Part shown: positions 27,401-42,782 of the stretch, in pieces
How positions within the stretch are numbered: position 1 is the stretch's first letter
Layout: each line of letters opens with the position of its first letter
Origin: Octopus sinensis
Lineage: Eukaryota
Reading direction: 5' to 3'
DNA length: 64,000 bases
Assembly (NCBI RefSeq): GCF_006345805.1
Contig: NC_042998.1
Location: 73,842,001 to 73,906,000 of the forward strand
The notes under the pieces: model-generated
Databases searched by the model: none
What the model saw: the letters and a program-made list of their open reading frames with translations, nothing else
What the model was told of the DNA's origin: nothing
Program-made: the position numbers and the translations under genes

Positions 27401-27869
27401 GTGGCAGGGCATAAACAGCTAAATAAGAGCATCGACGGTTGTTAGAAAATTTATGACATTTTTTTATTCAACGTTAATGCACAATCGTTATGTATTAAAC
27501 AATGGTGATGTATGGAAGTCATGCAAGAAGATGAATTTTGTCTGTTCACGGGTTTATTTTGTAAATGTGTGAATAGCCAAGGATACTCTTTTACACTTTT
27601 ACTTGTTTCAGTCATTTGACTGTGGACATGCTGGAGCATTGCCTTTAGTCGAGCAAATCGACCCTAGGACTTATTCTTTGTAAGCCTAGTACTTATTCTA
27701 TCGGTTTCTTTTGCCGAACCGCTAAGTTACGGGGACGTAAACACACCAGCATCGGTTGTCAAGCGATGTTGGGGCGACAAACACAGACACACAAACATAC
27801 ATACATACATACATACATACATACATACATACATACACATATATATATATAAACTGAAAGAAGCCTGTC

Positions 27870-27915
<46 letters not shown>

Positions 27916-27989
27916 AATATTAGGGAATAAATCCAAATTTACAGGGAAAAAATCAGATTTAGGGTTAAATCGATTTTATAGTAAAATAT

Positions 27990-28444
<455 letters not shown>

Positions 28445-28944
28445 ATATATATATATATATATACGACAGGCTTCTTTCAGTTTCTGTCTACCAAATCCAC
28501 TCACAAGGTTTTGGTCGCCCGGAGGTTATAATAGAAGACACTTGCCCAAGGTGCCACGCAGTGGGACTGAATCCAGAACCATGTGGTTGGTAAGCAAGTT
28601 ACTTACCACACAGCCACTGAAACAATTTTTAGAGAAGTATGGTCTGGTATTATTTTTGAGGTTTACTGCCAATTCCGGACAGAGAGACGTCCGACCAGCA
28701 GACTCAGTAGGAGAATTACTGAGAATTGCTAAGAAATAAAATAATTTCTATATGTTTTTCTCTGATAGTCGTGCCATGTTATATTTGCAGATGCTGGTCC
28801 AGGAACAAGAGACAACTTGTATGCAATTCGCCCGCCTATCTGGAACGTACACACGAAGTATGTAGACACAGGAAAGACAAAACATGCTCATCGCAGTAGT
28901 GGCTGTGATGATTACGCTTGTGTGGATGGCTGTATTGGAGTATA

Positions 28945-29179
28945 AGGCGACGAGCTGGTAGAAACGTTAGCACACCGGGCGAAATGCTTAGTGGTATTTC
29001 GTCTGCCGTTACGTTCTGAGTCCAAATTCCGCCGAGGTCGACTTTGCCTTTCATCCTTTCGGGGTGGATTAAATAAGTACCAGTTACGCACTGGGGTTGA
29101 TATAATCGACTTAATCCGTTTGTCTGTCCTTGTTTTTTCCCCTCTGTGTTTAGCCCCATGTGGTTAGTAAAGAAATAGG
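28945..29179 (+). mobile_element. SINE family A monomer with Tx1-like tail
   Basis: Head ggcgacgagctgg, B-box-like gagtccaaattcc, tail gtaaagaaatag; TSD tgtattggagtat on both sides. Confidence 0.9.
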
Positions 29180-29498
29180 TTGTATTGGAGTATGATAGTT
29201 AAGATGTTAATGAGGATGGTGATGATGTTGCTGATGGTGGTGGTGGTGGTGGTGGTGGTGGTAGTGAAAGTAGCTACGAACGTTTAAATCATATTACTGG
29301 CGCTGCTGTTGGTGATGGTATTATGTGGCGTTGCTGAAAATACATAGTACTGGTAGCGGGTATGTTGGTGATGATGCTTGTGGTGAGTGTTAGTAATGGA
29401 GTGGATGATGGCATTGGCTGTAGTTATACTAGAGGTATAATTGGCAGTAGTGGTGTTGACCAATATTTTCATGGTGAGTGTTACTAACGTTGTTGTTG

Positions 29499-29530
<32 letters not shown>

Positions 29531-30246
29531 GGAAACATTGAGAGTGAACCTGGACGAGCTGAAACTAAGGAAAAGATCAAGCAATGTGTTCGTGGTTAGT
29601 TCATGCGCAAGATGAGGCGCTGATGAACCACAATAATCTTTAAAATATGAATCTACACACATCACATTTTTTTCCCCTGTCTCCGATTGCATTGTTTATA
29701 TAGACATATTTGATTACGAAACATTGTTACTTGCAGTGCTGTCTCTGGATTCTATAGAAAATCTACAGCGATAACCTTCAAGATCTAAATAAAAAGTTCA
29801 ACCTTGTCACATATTGTATTTCTCAGATTCTGTCCGGGATTTACATTAGCGTTACACATGCTCGTGGAGTACTCAATCACATACACTATTTTTCAGTAAG
29901 TAACTTGTTGAGTAGATATAATCACAACTGTAAGAGTCATCGTTGAAACCAGCGAAGATCCATTTGCATTATAACGACAAAACGTTCTATTCTTATATAC
30001 TTACATTTATATACATAAATAATAGATGTATATATATAAAACAAAGCCTGTGTATGCTGAATTATGCATATGTAAATGTCACTATCGGGGACACACGTGT
30101 GAATGCGCCAAAACATTTATCTGTATATGTGTATATGTGTGTGTCTATATGTCTGTATGTAAACATGGAATAAGCAGGTGATGCCTTATATTAAAATATC
30201 GACTCTGCTACTACTACGTGTGTGCGTGTGCGTACAGTGTATATAT

Positions 30247-30283
<37 letters not shown>

Positions 30284-30293
30284 GTGTATGTGT

Positions 30294-30339
<46 letters not shown>

Positions 30340-30598
30340 TGTGTGTGTGTGCATACATACAATACACCCAGGTGAGAGGATGAGTGTATGTGTATAAGTG
30401 TATGCGCTTACTCGCGCGGAAGAACGCTTGAGTATCAGAGAAGCGGAGGGTTTTAGAGAGAGGGGCGGAGATTGTGTTGCAAAACGTTAAAGCGTTAACA
30501 CAGCTGGTTGTGAGGGTTTGATCGATGGTAAGAGTATTGGCTGCGGCTGAGAGGGTGGCTAAGTATTGCGGTGGCGGTGGTGGGGTGGGCTACAGCGA

Positions 30599-30599
<1 letters not shown>

Positions 30600-30633
<34 letters not shown>

Positions 30634-30843
30634 AAAGGAGAAGAAGATGGAGGAGGAGGAAGAGGAGGAGGAGATGAAGAAGGAGAAGATGATGATGAAG
30701 ACGAAGATGAAAACGAAGAAGAAGAAGAAGAAGAAGAAGAAGGAAGAGGAAAGAAGAAGAAGAAGGAAGAAGAAGAAGAAGAAGAAGAGAAGAAGAAGAA
30801 GAAGAAAAAGAAGAAGGAAAAGAAGAAGAAGAAGAAAAAGAAG
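30600..30843. repeat. Compound (GTA)n/(GGA)n/(GAA)n purine-rich microsatellite
   Basis: Directly visible. Confidence 0.95.
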
Positions 30844-31184
30844 TCGACAAGGGGGGGCGTGCAGTGACATGTTGGACGGGTAAAGAATAAGATTCTAATG
30901 AACGTGTGGGTTGTGGCGGCGGCGGCGGTGGCGATGGGGGTGGGGTAGAGTAGTGACAGAGTGTGATATGTAGAGAATTGGTAAATAAGTTAGGTTGGGT
31001 TGCTAAAATTTCATCATTAGCAGAAAACTGTGCTGGAGACAAAATCAGACATATGGTAGTCGTTTGCGAAGCTAGAGTTTCCGTTTGTACGTAACGTTGA
31101 TGTCGCGAAATAAGCCCACGCAATTACACTAAATCACACGTAGAGAGATGCATGAACACACGCACACACACATACACACACACA

Positions 31185-31223
<39 letters not shown>

Positions 31224-31296
31224 CACACACATACACACACAAACACACACATATAAACCCATACATGCATACATGCCGATAAGCACACGCATAGTA

Positions 31297-31332
<36 letters not shown>

Positions 31333-31485
31333 GTAATAATAATAATAATAATGATAATGATAGTGATAATGATAATAATAATAACAACAACAGAATTAGA
31401 CTTCGATATTAGGTGAATAGAAGATTACAGGTAAACAGAAATAAGTATGCATAAAAGTAAAGTAAATGTGTGTGTATATTATATA

Positions 31486-31567
<82 letters not shown>

Positions 31568-31631
31568 TATACATATAAACATGCATATCTATCTATATAT
31601 ATATATATATATCTACACACATATGTATGTT

Positions 31632-31664
<33 letters not shown>

Positions 31665-32269
31665 GTACATATTTATATATACATATATATATATAGGTAT
31701 AAATATATATATGAATATGTTTATGTTATAAATATGTGTGTGCGCGTGTATATGTGTATAAATATATATATAACATATATATATATATAAGATACTCAAT
31801 GAAACAAATAATTGTAACAATTCCAGATAATCCGTCTGTTTTTATAATTTGTGTGTGCATCTATATATGGTGCATCTATATATGTGTGTGTGAGTCTGTC
31901 TGTGCATACATGTATGATGTGTTTATTTATATATACGTACATTATGGTATCGAGTACTTTTCCTACTCATTAAAATCAAGATGCATATGTGTGTGTATGT
32001 GTGCGTATTTATGTCTGTGCATAGAAACAGACGCAAAGTTCGTAGGTGGGAGCACAATGTTGTATAATTAGAAATATCTCAAAATAATTGGGATATACAC
32101 ACATTTTTTTTAGTGTTTACAAAAATAGTCCATGCAATTATTATACATCTACACTTTTTAATCGACTTGAAACCGTTTCAGTTTTTTTTTCCTGGCTTAA
32201 ATGCGTGTGTGTGTGTGTGTGTGTGCGTGCGTGCTTGTGTATGCATGCGCGCGCGTGTGTGTGTGTATG

Positions 32270-32413
32270 TGCGATTGTCTGGTAAGAAAGAGGAAAAAAA
32301 CTTGCTTCTCAAGCACATGGTTCCGGGTTCAGTCTCACTGCGTAGCACTTTAGGCAAGTGACCAAAAGCCCTCTGAGTGGATCTGCTGGACGGAAACTAA
32401 AAGAAGTCAGTTG

Positions 32414-32457
<44 letters not shown>

Positions 32458-32682
32458 TTTGTGTGTGTGTACGTTTGTGTGTGTGGCACCCCACCGCCAC
32501 TGGACAACTGATGCTGGTGTGTTTACGTCCCCCTAACTTAGTGGTTCGACGAGAGACTGTTAGAATAAATACCAGGTCTAACAAAAGTAACAGTACTGGG
32601 GTTGATCCATTCGACTAAAAGTACTTCAAGGCAGTGCCTCAGCATGGCCGCAGTCCAATGATTGAAACAAGTAAAAGATAAA
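32270..32682 (+). mobile_element. SINE family B (older, internally deleted)
   Basis: Homology to the other family B copies. Confidence 0.8.
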
Positions 32683-32687
32683 AAATA

Positions 32688-32719
<32 letters not shown>

Positions 32720-32728
32720 ATATATCTG

Positions 32729-33045
<317 letters not shown>

Positions 33046-33655
33046 ATATATATATGTGTGTGTGTGTATGTGTGTGTGTGTGTATACAATACACAAAGAG
33101 TTTGATGAAACTTTAAGAATAAGAAAACTCTAATATCGCAACAGAATGTTTCATAACTTAAAAACATGTAAATAAATTATATTGTTATATTTAATAATGA
33201 ATAAGTTTCGTACATGCCTGATTTAATGCATTATTTTGAAGGATGCTTTGCATGTGTTTTAAAGCTACGAAACAATTTGTCATGATATTAGGATTTTCTT
33301 TTTAAATGAAATTTCATCAAACTATTTCTCTATCATTTGTGACTTTATACACACCTTATCGTTTTCTCTTGTATTGTACTCTATATACACTCTATATGTT
33401 GTTAAAATAATTTTTAAGGAGCTTTTTTATGAGTACCACCAGATTACTTGAGTCCATATATTGTCACTTAAATATATATGTGTGTGGGTGTGTATGTTTG
33501 TGTATGTATGCATATATATATATGTATGTATATATCAAAATAGTGTTAGAGATAGAAACACCCACAGCTTCAAACTCCAAATGATATTAACTCAACCAAG
33601 CCATAAAATATTAAATAATATACTTACTATTTATATTCATAGTTTTCTATATTAC

Positions 33656-33753
33656 GGACTACACATGTTTCATGAGGGTACGTATGGTATTGTTAAGACA
33701 CAAAGTCTCATTCAAACACTCATTATGTTTACGCACTCCCAATCATCAGGTCC
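33656..33753 (-). ncRNA. Type-I hammerhead ribozyme with extended stem II
   Basis: Minus strand: GGAC-CTGATGA-TTGGGAGTGCGTA...TACGTACCCTCAT-GAAAC-atgt-GTA-GTCC. Confidence 0.82.
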
Positions 33754-34364
33754 TCTTTCCCCACATTTATAAATATAACTACTCCTTATATATTACTATG
33801 TTTGTCAAAATTAATTGCAAGTAATAAGTATAAGTAAGTAAATAGATAACTTCACGAGCCTTATAAATTTACACATAAGAATTTAAGGAATAAAACACAA
33901 ATGATAAAAATGAAAAAAATGGAAAACAATCGAATGAAAAAAATACAAATGAAAAAAATGTGAATAAATCCGGATAAAAATTACGACTAAAAATACTAAC
34001 AAATACTAAATACTAAAAATGTGTTCATAAACTTTGCTTTTTACTCTTTACATTATATCTTTATTTTCATATTACTTTATTAATTTCTTCGTACTTTTAT
34101 TAGTATATTTTTAGTCGTAATATATATCCAGATTTATTCACATTTTTTTTATTCGTATTTTTTCATTCGAATTTTTCCCATTTTTTTCATTCGTATTTTT
34201 TGGTCGTATTTCATATTCGTTTTTATTCCGTAAATTTTTATGTCTTAAATTTATAAGGTTCATGAAGTTATTTATTTACTTATTTATACTTATATACTTG
34301 TAATTAATTTTGACAAACATACTGATATATAAGAAGTAATTATATTTATAAATGTGGGGAAAGT

Positions 34365-34459
34365 AGACCTGACGATTGGGAGTGCGTAAACATGAGTTTT
34401 GGAGTGAGACTTTGTGCCTTAACAATTCCATACGTACCCTCATGAAACGCGTGAAGTCC
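34365..34459 (+). ncRNA. Type-I hammerhead paralog, probably inactivated (GUA to GAA)
   Basis: AGAC-CTGACGA-TTGGGAGTGCGTA...TACGTACCCTCAT-GAAAC-gcgt-GAA-GTCC. Confidence 0.7.
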
Positions 34460-34724
34460 GTAATATGGAAAATCATGAATATAAATAGTAAGTATATTAT
34501 TTAATATTTTATGGCATGGATGAGTTAATATCGTCTGGAGTTGATGAAGTTGTGGGTGTTTCTATCTCTAGCACTATTTTGATATATATGAATTAATTAT
34601 CGAGAGTAATTCAATTTCATATTTTAATTTGAATGTTTAATTCCTGTGGCACTAGAATTTATATTCCCTAATTATTATGATAATATATATAAGTATATAT
34701 ATGTATGTATGTATGTATGTATAT

Positions 34725-34779
<55 letters not shown>

Positions 34780-35575
34780 TATATATATTATATATATGTA
34801 ATATATATACATATATATATATGTATGCATGTATATGCTGTGCTGTTGAATCAAACACGGTTAGACTCAACATGTTGAAGTTACATGAAACATTATTTTG
34901 CCTCGTTATAATGAAGAAGTAAACCCCAGATTACATTGTGCGTGCATATACATGTATAAATAAGAACACACACGCAATATATAAATTATACATTTATATG
35001 CGTGTGTGTGTGACAATGATGTGTGCATGTGTGTATGTGCGTGTATGTGTGAGAGAGAGACAATGATGTATGTGAAAGTGTCTTCAGGATCCGTATGCCA
35101 TTCTAGAATGCAATTACTCGACAATGGCTCATCCTGGATGAAATAGTCACGTCTAAACTTGATGTGAACACATGTCGTTAAGGAATGTGACAATATCTCT
35201 TTCATTGTGATTTGTTTATATTTTTTATCGTTTTATACAATTACATAGAGCAATTTTTCCCTAATCTCTATTCATGGAATAAGGTTTACATTTGAATATA
35301 TTGGTCCAGCAAAGAAAATTATCTCAAGAGTACACATAATGCAACTAAGCTGATCGCTTGTAATAGGAATCTGATTGTCTCTTTCTTATAGAAAACATCT
35401 ACAAGTGCCTGAAAATATATTCTGCTATAAATTTCCTTATATTATCTGTAAAATTATTTGTAATATGGCCGGGCCGGTGTCCTTGCAGGCTATTTATACG
35501 AAAATGTACATTTTAAATATTTACTTCTAAAATGTTTTGTTGGATTAATACATTTTCCATCTTTCCAGGTAGATA

Positions 35576-35746
35576 GGCGCAGGAGTGGCTGTGTGGTAAG
35601 TAGCTTGCTAACCAACCACATGGTTCTGGGTTCAGTCCCACTGCGTGGCATCTTGGGCAAGTGTCTTCTGCTATAGCCCCGGGCCGACCAATGCCTTGTG
35701 AGTGGATTTGGTAGACGGAAACTGAAAGAAGCCTGTCGTATATATG

Positions 35747-35785
<39 letters not shown>

Positions 35786-35992
35786 ATGTGTGTGTGTGTA
35801 TGTTTGTGTGTCTGTGTTTGTCCCCCAAGCATTGCTTCACAACCGATGCTGGTGTGTTTACGTCCCCGTCACTTAGCGGTTCGGCAAAAGAGACCGATAG
35901 AATAAGTACTGGGCTTACAAAAAATAAGTCCCGGGGTCGATTTGCTCGACTAAAAAAAAAAAGGCAGTCAAATGAGTGAAACAAGTAAAAGA
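35576..35992 (+). mobile_element. SINE family B (young, near consensus)
   Basis: ggcgcaggagtggctgtgtggtaag..gggttcagtcccac (A/B boxes), core, (TA)(TG) tract, tail. Confidence 0.9.
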
Positions 35993-36084
35993 GAAAGAGA
36001 AAAGAGAAGAGAGATATTCGGATCCATGATCCATATTTTTATACAACTTAACCAAGACTGGCAACATATTAAACATAATAACGA

Positions 36085-36290
36085 TTTCAAATTTTGACTC
36101 AAGGCCAGCAAGTTTGGAACAGGGTTAATTCGATTATATCGACCCCAATGTTCAATTAGTACTTATTTTATGGACCGCGAAAGGATGAACGGCAAAGTCG
36201 ATCCCGGTGGCATTTGAACTTAGAACAGGACGAAATATCTCTAAGCATTTTGCCCGGCGTGCTAAAGATCCTGCTAGGTCACCAGCTTAC
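36085..36290 (-). mobile_element. SINE family A, old copy with the alternative tail
   Basis: aaggatgaacggcaaagtcgatcccgg body homology. Confidence 0.8.
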
Positions 36291-36496
36291 AATATACTAA
36301 ACATAATCATTTGCCGAATTCTTTAAAATCATTTTCCCAAAATATTAGTTTCGACATTGGTAGAATGAACAGCTGAAAATGAAAACGCATCGTAATTTTA
36401 GATTGCCAGGAACTTGCCTCCGTTTGATATATCTCATGGCTTTCAAGTTAGTGCATGGGCTAGGAAAATCTGTTGATAATAATTATTGCTTCTTAA

Positions 36497-37065
36497 GCGA
36501 CGAGCTGGCAGAATCGTTAGCATAGCGGACAAATTGCTTAGCGGGATTTCGTCTGCCGCTACGTTCTGAGTTCAAATTCCGCCGAGGTCGACTTTGCCTT
36601 TCATCCTTTCGGGGTCGATAAATTAAGTACCAGTTACGCACTGGGGTCGAAATTATCGACTTAATCCGTTTGTCTGTCCTTGATTATCCTCTCTGTGTTT
36701 AGCCCCTTGTGGGTAGTAAAGAAATAGGTATTTCGTCTGCCGCTACGTTTTGAGTTCAAATTCCACCGAGGTCGACTTTGCCTTTCATCCTTTCCGGGTC
36801 GATAAATTAAGTACCAGTTACGCACTGGGGTCAATCGAATCGACTTAATCCGTTTGTCTGTCCTTGTTTGTCCTCTCTGTGTTTAGCCCCTTATGAGTAG
36901 TAAAGAAATAGGTATTTCGTCTGTCTTTATGTTCTGAGTTCAAATTCCGCCGTGGTTAACTTTAGCTTTCCTCCCTTTAGGTGTCTATAAAATAAGTACT
37001 GAAGTTGATGTAGTCGACTCCCCCGCAACCACAAACTTGTTAACTTTGCACCAAAATGTGAAACA
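36497..37065 (+). mobile_element. SINE family A trimer: two Tx1-tailed units followed by an old alternative-tail body
   Basis: Junctions aagaaatag|gtatttcgtctg at ~36728 and ~36912. Confidence 0.9.
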
Positions 37066-37282
37066 TAATTACTGGTTCTAAAAGGCATACGAGCACGCAT
37101 TTTTTGAGAGAAAAGCTGTTATCGGTTATACTGAACCCTGCATTGCACTGGTTCTAAACGATTCTGGAAAAACTACAAGCAATGTTGACTTTGGTGTGAA
37201 TGGAACTTAGAAAGTAATGAGATGTAACAAAATGCTACTCTACTGATTCTGCCAATCAATGCTACTATAATAATAATAATAA

Positions 37283-37494
37283 TCCTTTCTACTAAAGACA
37301 CAAGGCGTGAAATTTGTCGGGAGGAGACTAGCCGATTTCAACGACCCGGGGTTTCACTGGTACTTAATTTATCGACCCCGAACGGATGAAAGGCAAAGTC
37401 GATCTCGGCGGAATTTGAACCCAGACCATAGTGACGGGCAAAATACCGCTAAGCATTACGTCCAGCGTGCTAACGATTCTGCCTGTTCGCCGCC

Positions 37495-37496
<2 letters not shown>
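37283..37496 (-). mobile_element. SINE family A with the alternative tail, next to (AAT)n at 37496-37643
   Basis: Body homology; minus-strand tail gccttgtgtctttagtagaaagg. Confidence 0.85.
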
Positions 37497-37536
<40 letters not shown>

Positions 37537-37571
37537 TAATAATAACAATAATAACAATAATAATAATAATA

Positions 37572-37644
<73 letters not shown>

Positions 37645-38020
37645 TTGCCTACATTGTAATGAAGGTTGTATGCTAGAAGGAGTAAGATAAGAGGGAGAAA
37701 GAGGGCAGGAAGGAAGAAGAGAAAGAAGGACAACAAGGATGATATGCGAATTAGTTGGTTTTGTCAAAACTTCTCATTAATTTTCTCCATCAACCTCTAC
37801 AATCTCTTTAACAAAAGGTAACATTTTAATTTTGGGCTGGCAAAGTGACAAAAAAAATTCTGAAAAAGTGGCAAAATATAAAATAAAAGAGAAAAAAATT
37901 GCTATCTTCGATTATTTTCTCTTCGAGGAACCAAACAGCAGCTGTAAATTTTCAGAATCATCCGCAACACTTCATTAAATTTTCCTCTTTATACAATGTT
38001 TCTCCATCTCACCACCCTGC

Positions 38021-38095
<75 letters not shown>

Positions 38096-39379
38096 ATCAA
38101 TCTATCTGTTTTTTTCTCTTTCTCTCTCACTCTGTCACCATCTATCTATCTCTGTCTCCATCTCTCGATACAAATCTATTACTTGTTAATCTCTAAACAT
38201 TGTACTGATCCAACGAGCATTGAGTCGTTCATCAGAGCTGTCGTAATATTGCAGGCCATCTGAGAGGTTTACGTGTAATTAGAGAAACTGTTCAGGGAAA
38301 ATAATTCCAACAATTAATGGTTGGGTCTGTTTGGAAGTGAAGGGAGATATTGAGCGTGAAGAAAACAAGAAAACAAGGTTAGTGCAGAGGACAGCAGTGC
38401 ATGCGTGCGTACGTGTGTGTGTGTATGTGTGATGACAAATTGTGTTTAGCTATTTCTCTTAAATAATTCAGTGAGTATGTCCATTCACTCTTTGTTCAGA
38501 CATCCATCGCAATGTGAGTTTATTATTGCTTTTCACTGTAAATTTTTCTTTAAATTCTTCCAATAAACGAAGACCAGGTTTCAAGAGAAAACAGCAAGGT
38601 TCCACATTAGAATTTTAACATTAGCTCAGTAAAACCACATGATCAACTTCAAATAGAACTAGCACATGCTGTACCTTTTCGCATATCTAGAAATACACTG
38701 AGCTACGCATATATGTATGCCATGAGGTGTGTCCTTATATGCATTTATATATTTGTAGCCTTGAACGTATGTTGCTTAAAAATTATTATTATTGCTATAT
38801 TTTTCAATCAGAAACTAAATTTCTGGAATGGTTGTTATACTTTAGCAGTTCTAATAACTGTCTTATATTTGTATTTTACAAATTAATACTCGATTAATTG
38901 AAGCCAGGCTCTTCTTAATTATCTTTGAGCTTATGTTACATGGCATACAGCCAACTAAATAGACTAATGACCATACGCACAACTTGGAAATTTTTATCTG
39001 AGAGTAATCTTTGTAAATGATTTTATTAGTTGTCCACACAAGTTCTATTATATGCTTATGAAATAATATTCCTATTAGTTGGACAATGCTTTTTTCTTCT
39101 CTGCCTCATAACAGTACATTCAATATTTTATTTACGTCAGAGAAAAATCTAGTCTTGCAGTCACTTTTCAAACTACGAGAAAGGCATATTATGTCGAATT
39201 ATTAAATATTAATAAAATCTAATAATGAAAGTGAGTAAAATAAATTCGAAAACAAATTTGTACTGTTTGGTTCTCGCGATTCATTTAATTTTTATAAACT
39301 GCAATTCTGAATTATATTACATTTTAAAGTACATGCACTCGTTCCGACAAACTGGAAGCCAAAGCAGAACAGCTGAAGA

Positions 39380-40367
<988 letters not shown>

Positions 40368-40425
40368 ATAGATAGATAGAGGGAGAGAGAAAGAGACAGG
40401 CAGACAGATTAACAGACAAGTAGGC

Positions 40426-40522
<97 letters not shown>

Positions 40523-42229
40523 TACTTACACACATACTCTCACACTGTAAGGTAGATTGATTTACATATGAAGTTGGCCATTTTTTAAAGTAGAAATCTA
40601 ATATAGTTATCAATCATTTTTATTACTACTGTTCTTTTCTAGGTCACTCAAGATACGGCTACTTTATCTATAGCAACATTTCATCAGTAGCTACTATATC
40701 TGTAAAATGGCGTCTGAAGCTAACAACCAAAATATCATTGAACAAAATGAGGCTAAACTGTAAAAATTAATGAGTAGTAGATAAGAGTAAGGAGAATATA
40801 TGAGTAAAAATGATTGGGAAAAAAAGAGATGGCCAAGCAGAGACCGAAGGAATTAAATGATAATGAGCGTTTTCTAAGTTCTAAGCTTTAGAAATTCAAA
40901 GATATAAGCTATATAAATACTGGTTGTGATGTTGTGATACTAATTTAGTGCAAGCAAGCTCAAAGCAATGAAATTAATACCTACGTATATCAGTGAGATT
41001 CCTATTTTTGCAGGTATAAATATTCTTTACTTATCAAGTTACAACGGCCATTTTCATAGTTGTTATAATTAAAGTTTAAGGACCTTTTGAATTGGCAGCG
41101 ATCTTATTTACACTTTAATTTCAATAGCTATCCTAAGGGAGAAATATCAAGATGTATATAGAATATTTATGTTTGCTCAATAGTAATTTCACTAAGGTAT
41201 TAATTTCCTTCTACAAACTTATTTTCGCTAAATTTGCATTGCATATCGCATCAAGTGTATAGACACCCATACATACATACATGCATGCATACATACATAC
41301 ATACATATATACATACATACATACATACATACATGCATACATACACACACATACACATACATACATACATACATTCATGCATATATGCATACATACATAC
41401 ATACATACATACATACATACATACATAAATACATACATATATACGTACATATATACAAAGATTCATACATAGGCATACTTGCATACATACATACACACTC
41501 ACACGCACACATCCACACACTAACACACACAAACATACACACTTGCACGCACAAACACACATACAAACACACACACACACACAAAAACACACACTCATAC
41601 GTGGATATATCTGTAGGGCTATGTCTATGTTTGCATACATGCGATTGTAAACATATGTGCGTTATAAATACATTTCAACAGCAGGATAGCTGACAGAAGA
41701 TGATATTTGTCAGGTGGATAATTTGATATTTCATTGTAAATAAATTTATCAATCAATCTTTTTGTCAGCCTGTCCAGCAATCTAATTGTGAATGTATCTT
41801 CCCAGATATCTTTTAATCAATCTATTTTTCTATTAATCAATCTATCATTTAATCTACGCATGCGGTTGCCGATTTTCCAACACATACAATGTATGTATAC
41901 AAAGTATGTATGTATGTAAATATGTGTGTATGTTTGTATGTACGTGAGTACGTACATATGTGTGTATATGTGTGTGCGTGTTTGTACAGTAAAAAAAAGG
42001 TTGAGCACACAAACAACCAGTGTTAGTTCAGAGTACAGGATTTATATATTTAAACCTAATTGCTGGGTTGTTACAATAAAAATGGTATTTACCATTATCC
42101 ATATGACAATAAAAATGGTATTTACCATTATCCATATGGTCTTCGTCACACCTAGCCAGCGAACTTCCTCTTTCCTATTCAGTTTTAGCTTTCCACATTC
42201 CTTTATATATATATATATATATATATATA

Positions 42230-42628
42230 TGAGTGGCTGTGTGGTAAGTGGGTTGCTTACGAACCACATGGTTCCGGGTTCAGTCTCACTGCGTGGCACC
42301 TTAGGCAAGTGTCTTCTACTATAGCCTCGGGCCGACCAAATCTTTGTGAGTGGATTTGGTAGGCGGAAACTGAAAGGAACCCGTCGTATATCTTTATATA
42401 TATATATGTATGTGTGTATATGTCTGTGTGTCTGTGTTTGTCCCCCCCCCCACATCGCTTGACAACCGATGCTGGTGTGTTTACGCCCCCGTAACTTAGC
42501 GGTTCGGCAAAAGAGAACGATAGAATAAGTACTAAGCATACAGAGAATAAGTCCTGGGGTCAGTTTGCTCGACTAAAGGTGGTGCTCCAGCATGGCCACA
42601 GTCACGGGACTGAAACAAGTAAAAGAGT
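42230..42628 (+). mobile_element. SINE family B
   Basis: Full-length homology to family B. Confidence 0.9.
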
Positions 42629-42782
42629 ATATATGTACACACATAATATACATATATATATATATATGTATTATGTATGTATGTATGTATGTGTATGTAT
42701 GTATGTATGTATGTATGTATGTATGTATGTATACATATACATATATTACCTTACCTTGTCTGGTAAAAGCATATTACATACA

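Larger units (their letters stand above)
33529..34589. repeat. ~1.06-kb fold-back with diverged ~500-bp arms, each carrying a hammerhead
   Basis: atatcaaaatagtgttagagatagaaacacccac.. mirrored by ..gtgggtgtttctatctctagcactattttgatat. Confidence 0.9.

Noticed and set aside
30559-31123. Acidic/lysine-rich ORFs
   Set aside because: Compound trinucleotide repeats that are open in several frames on both strands
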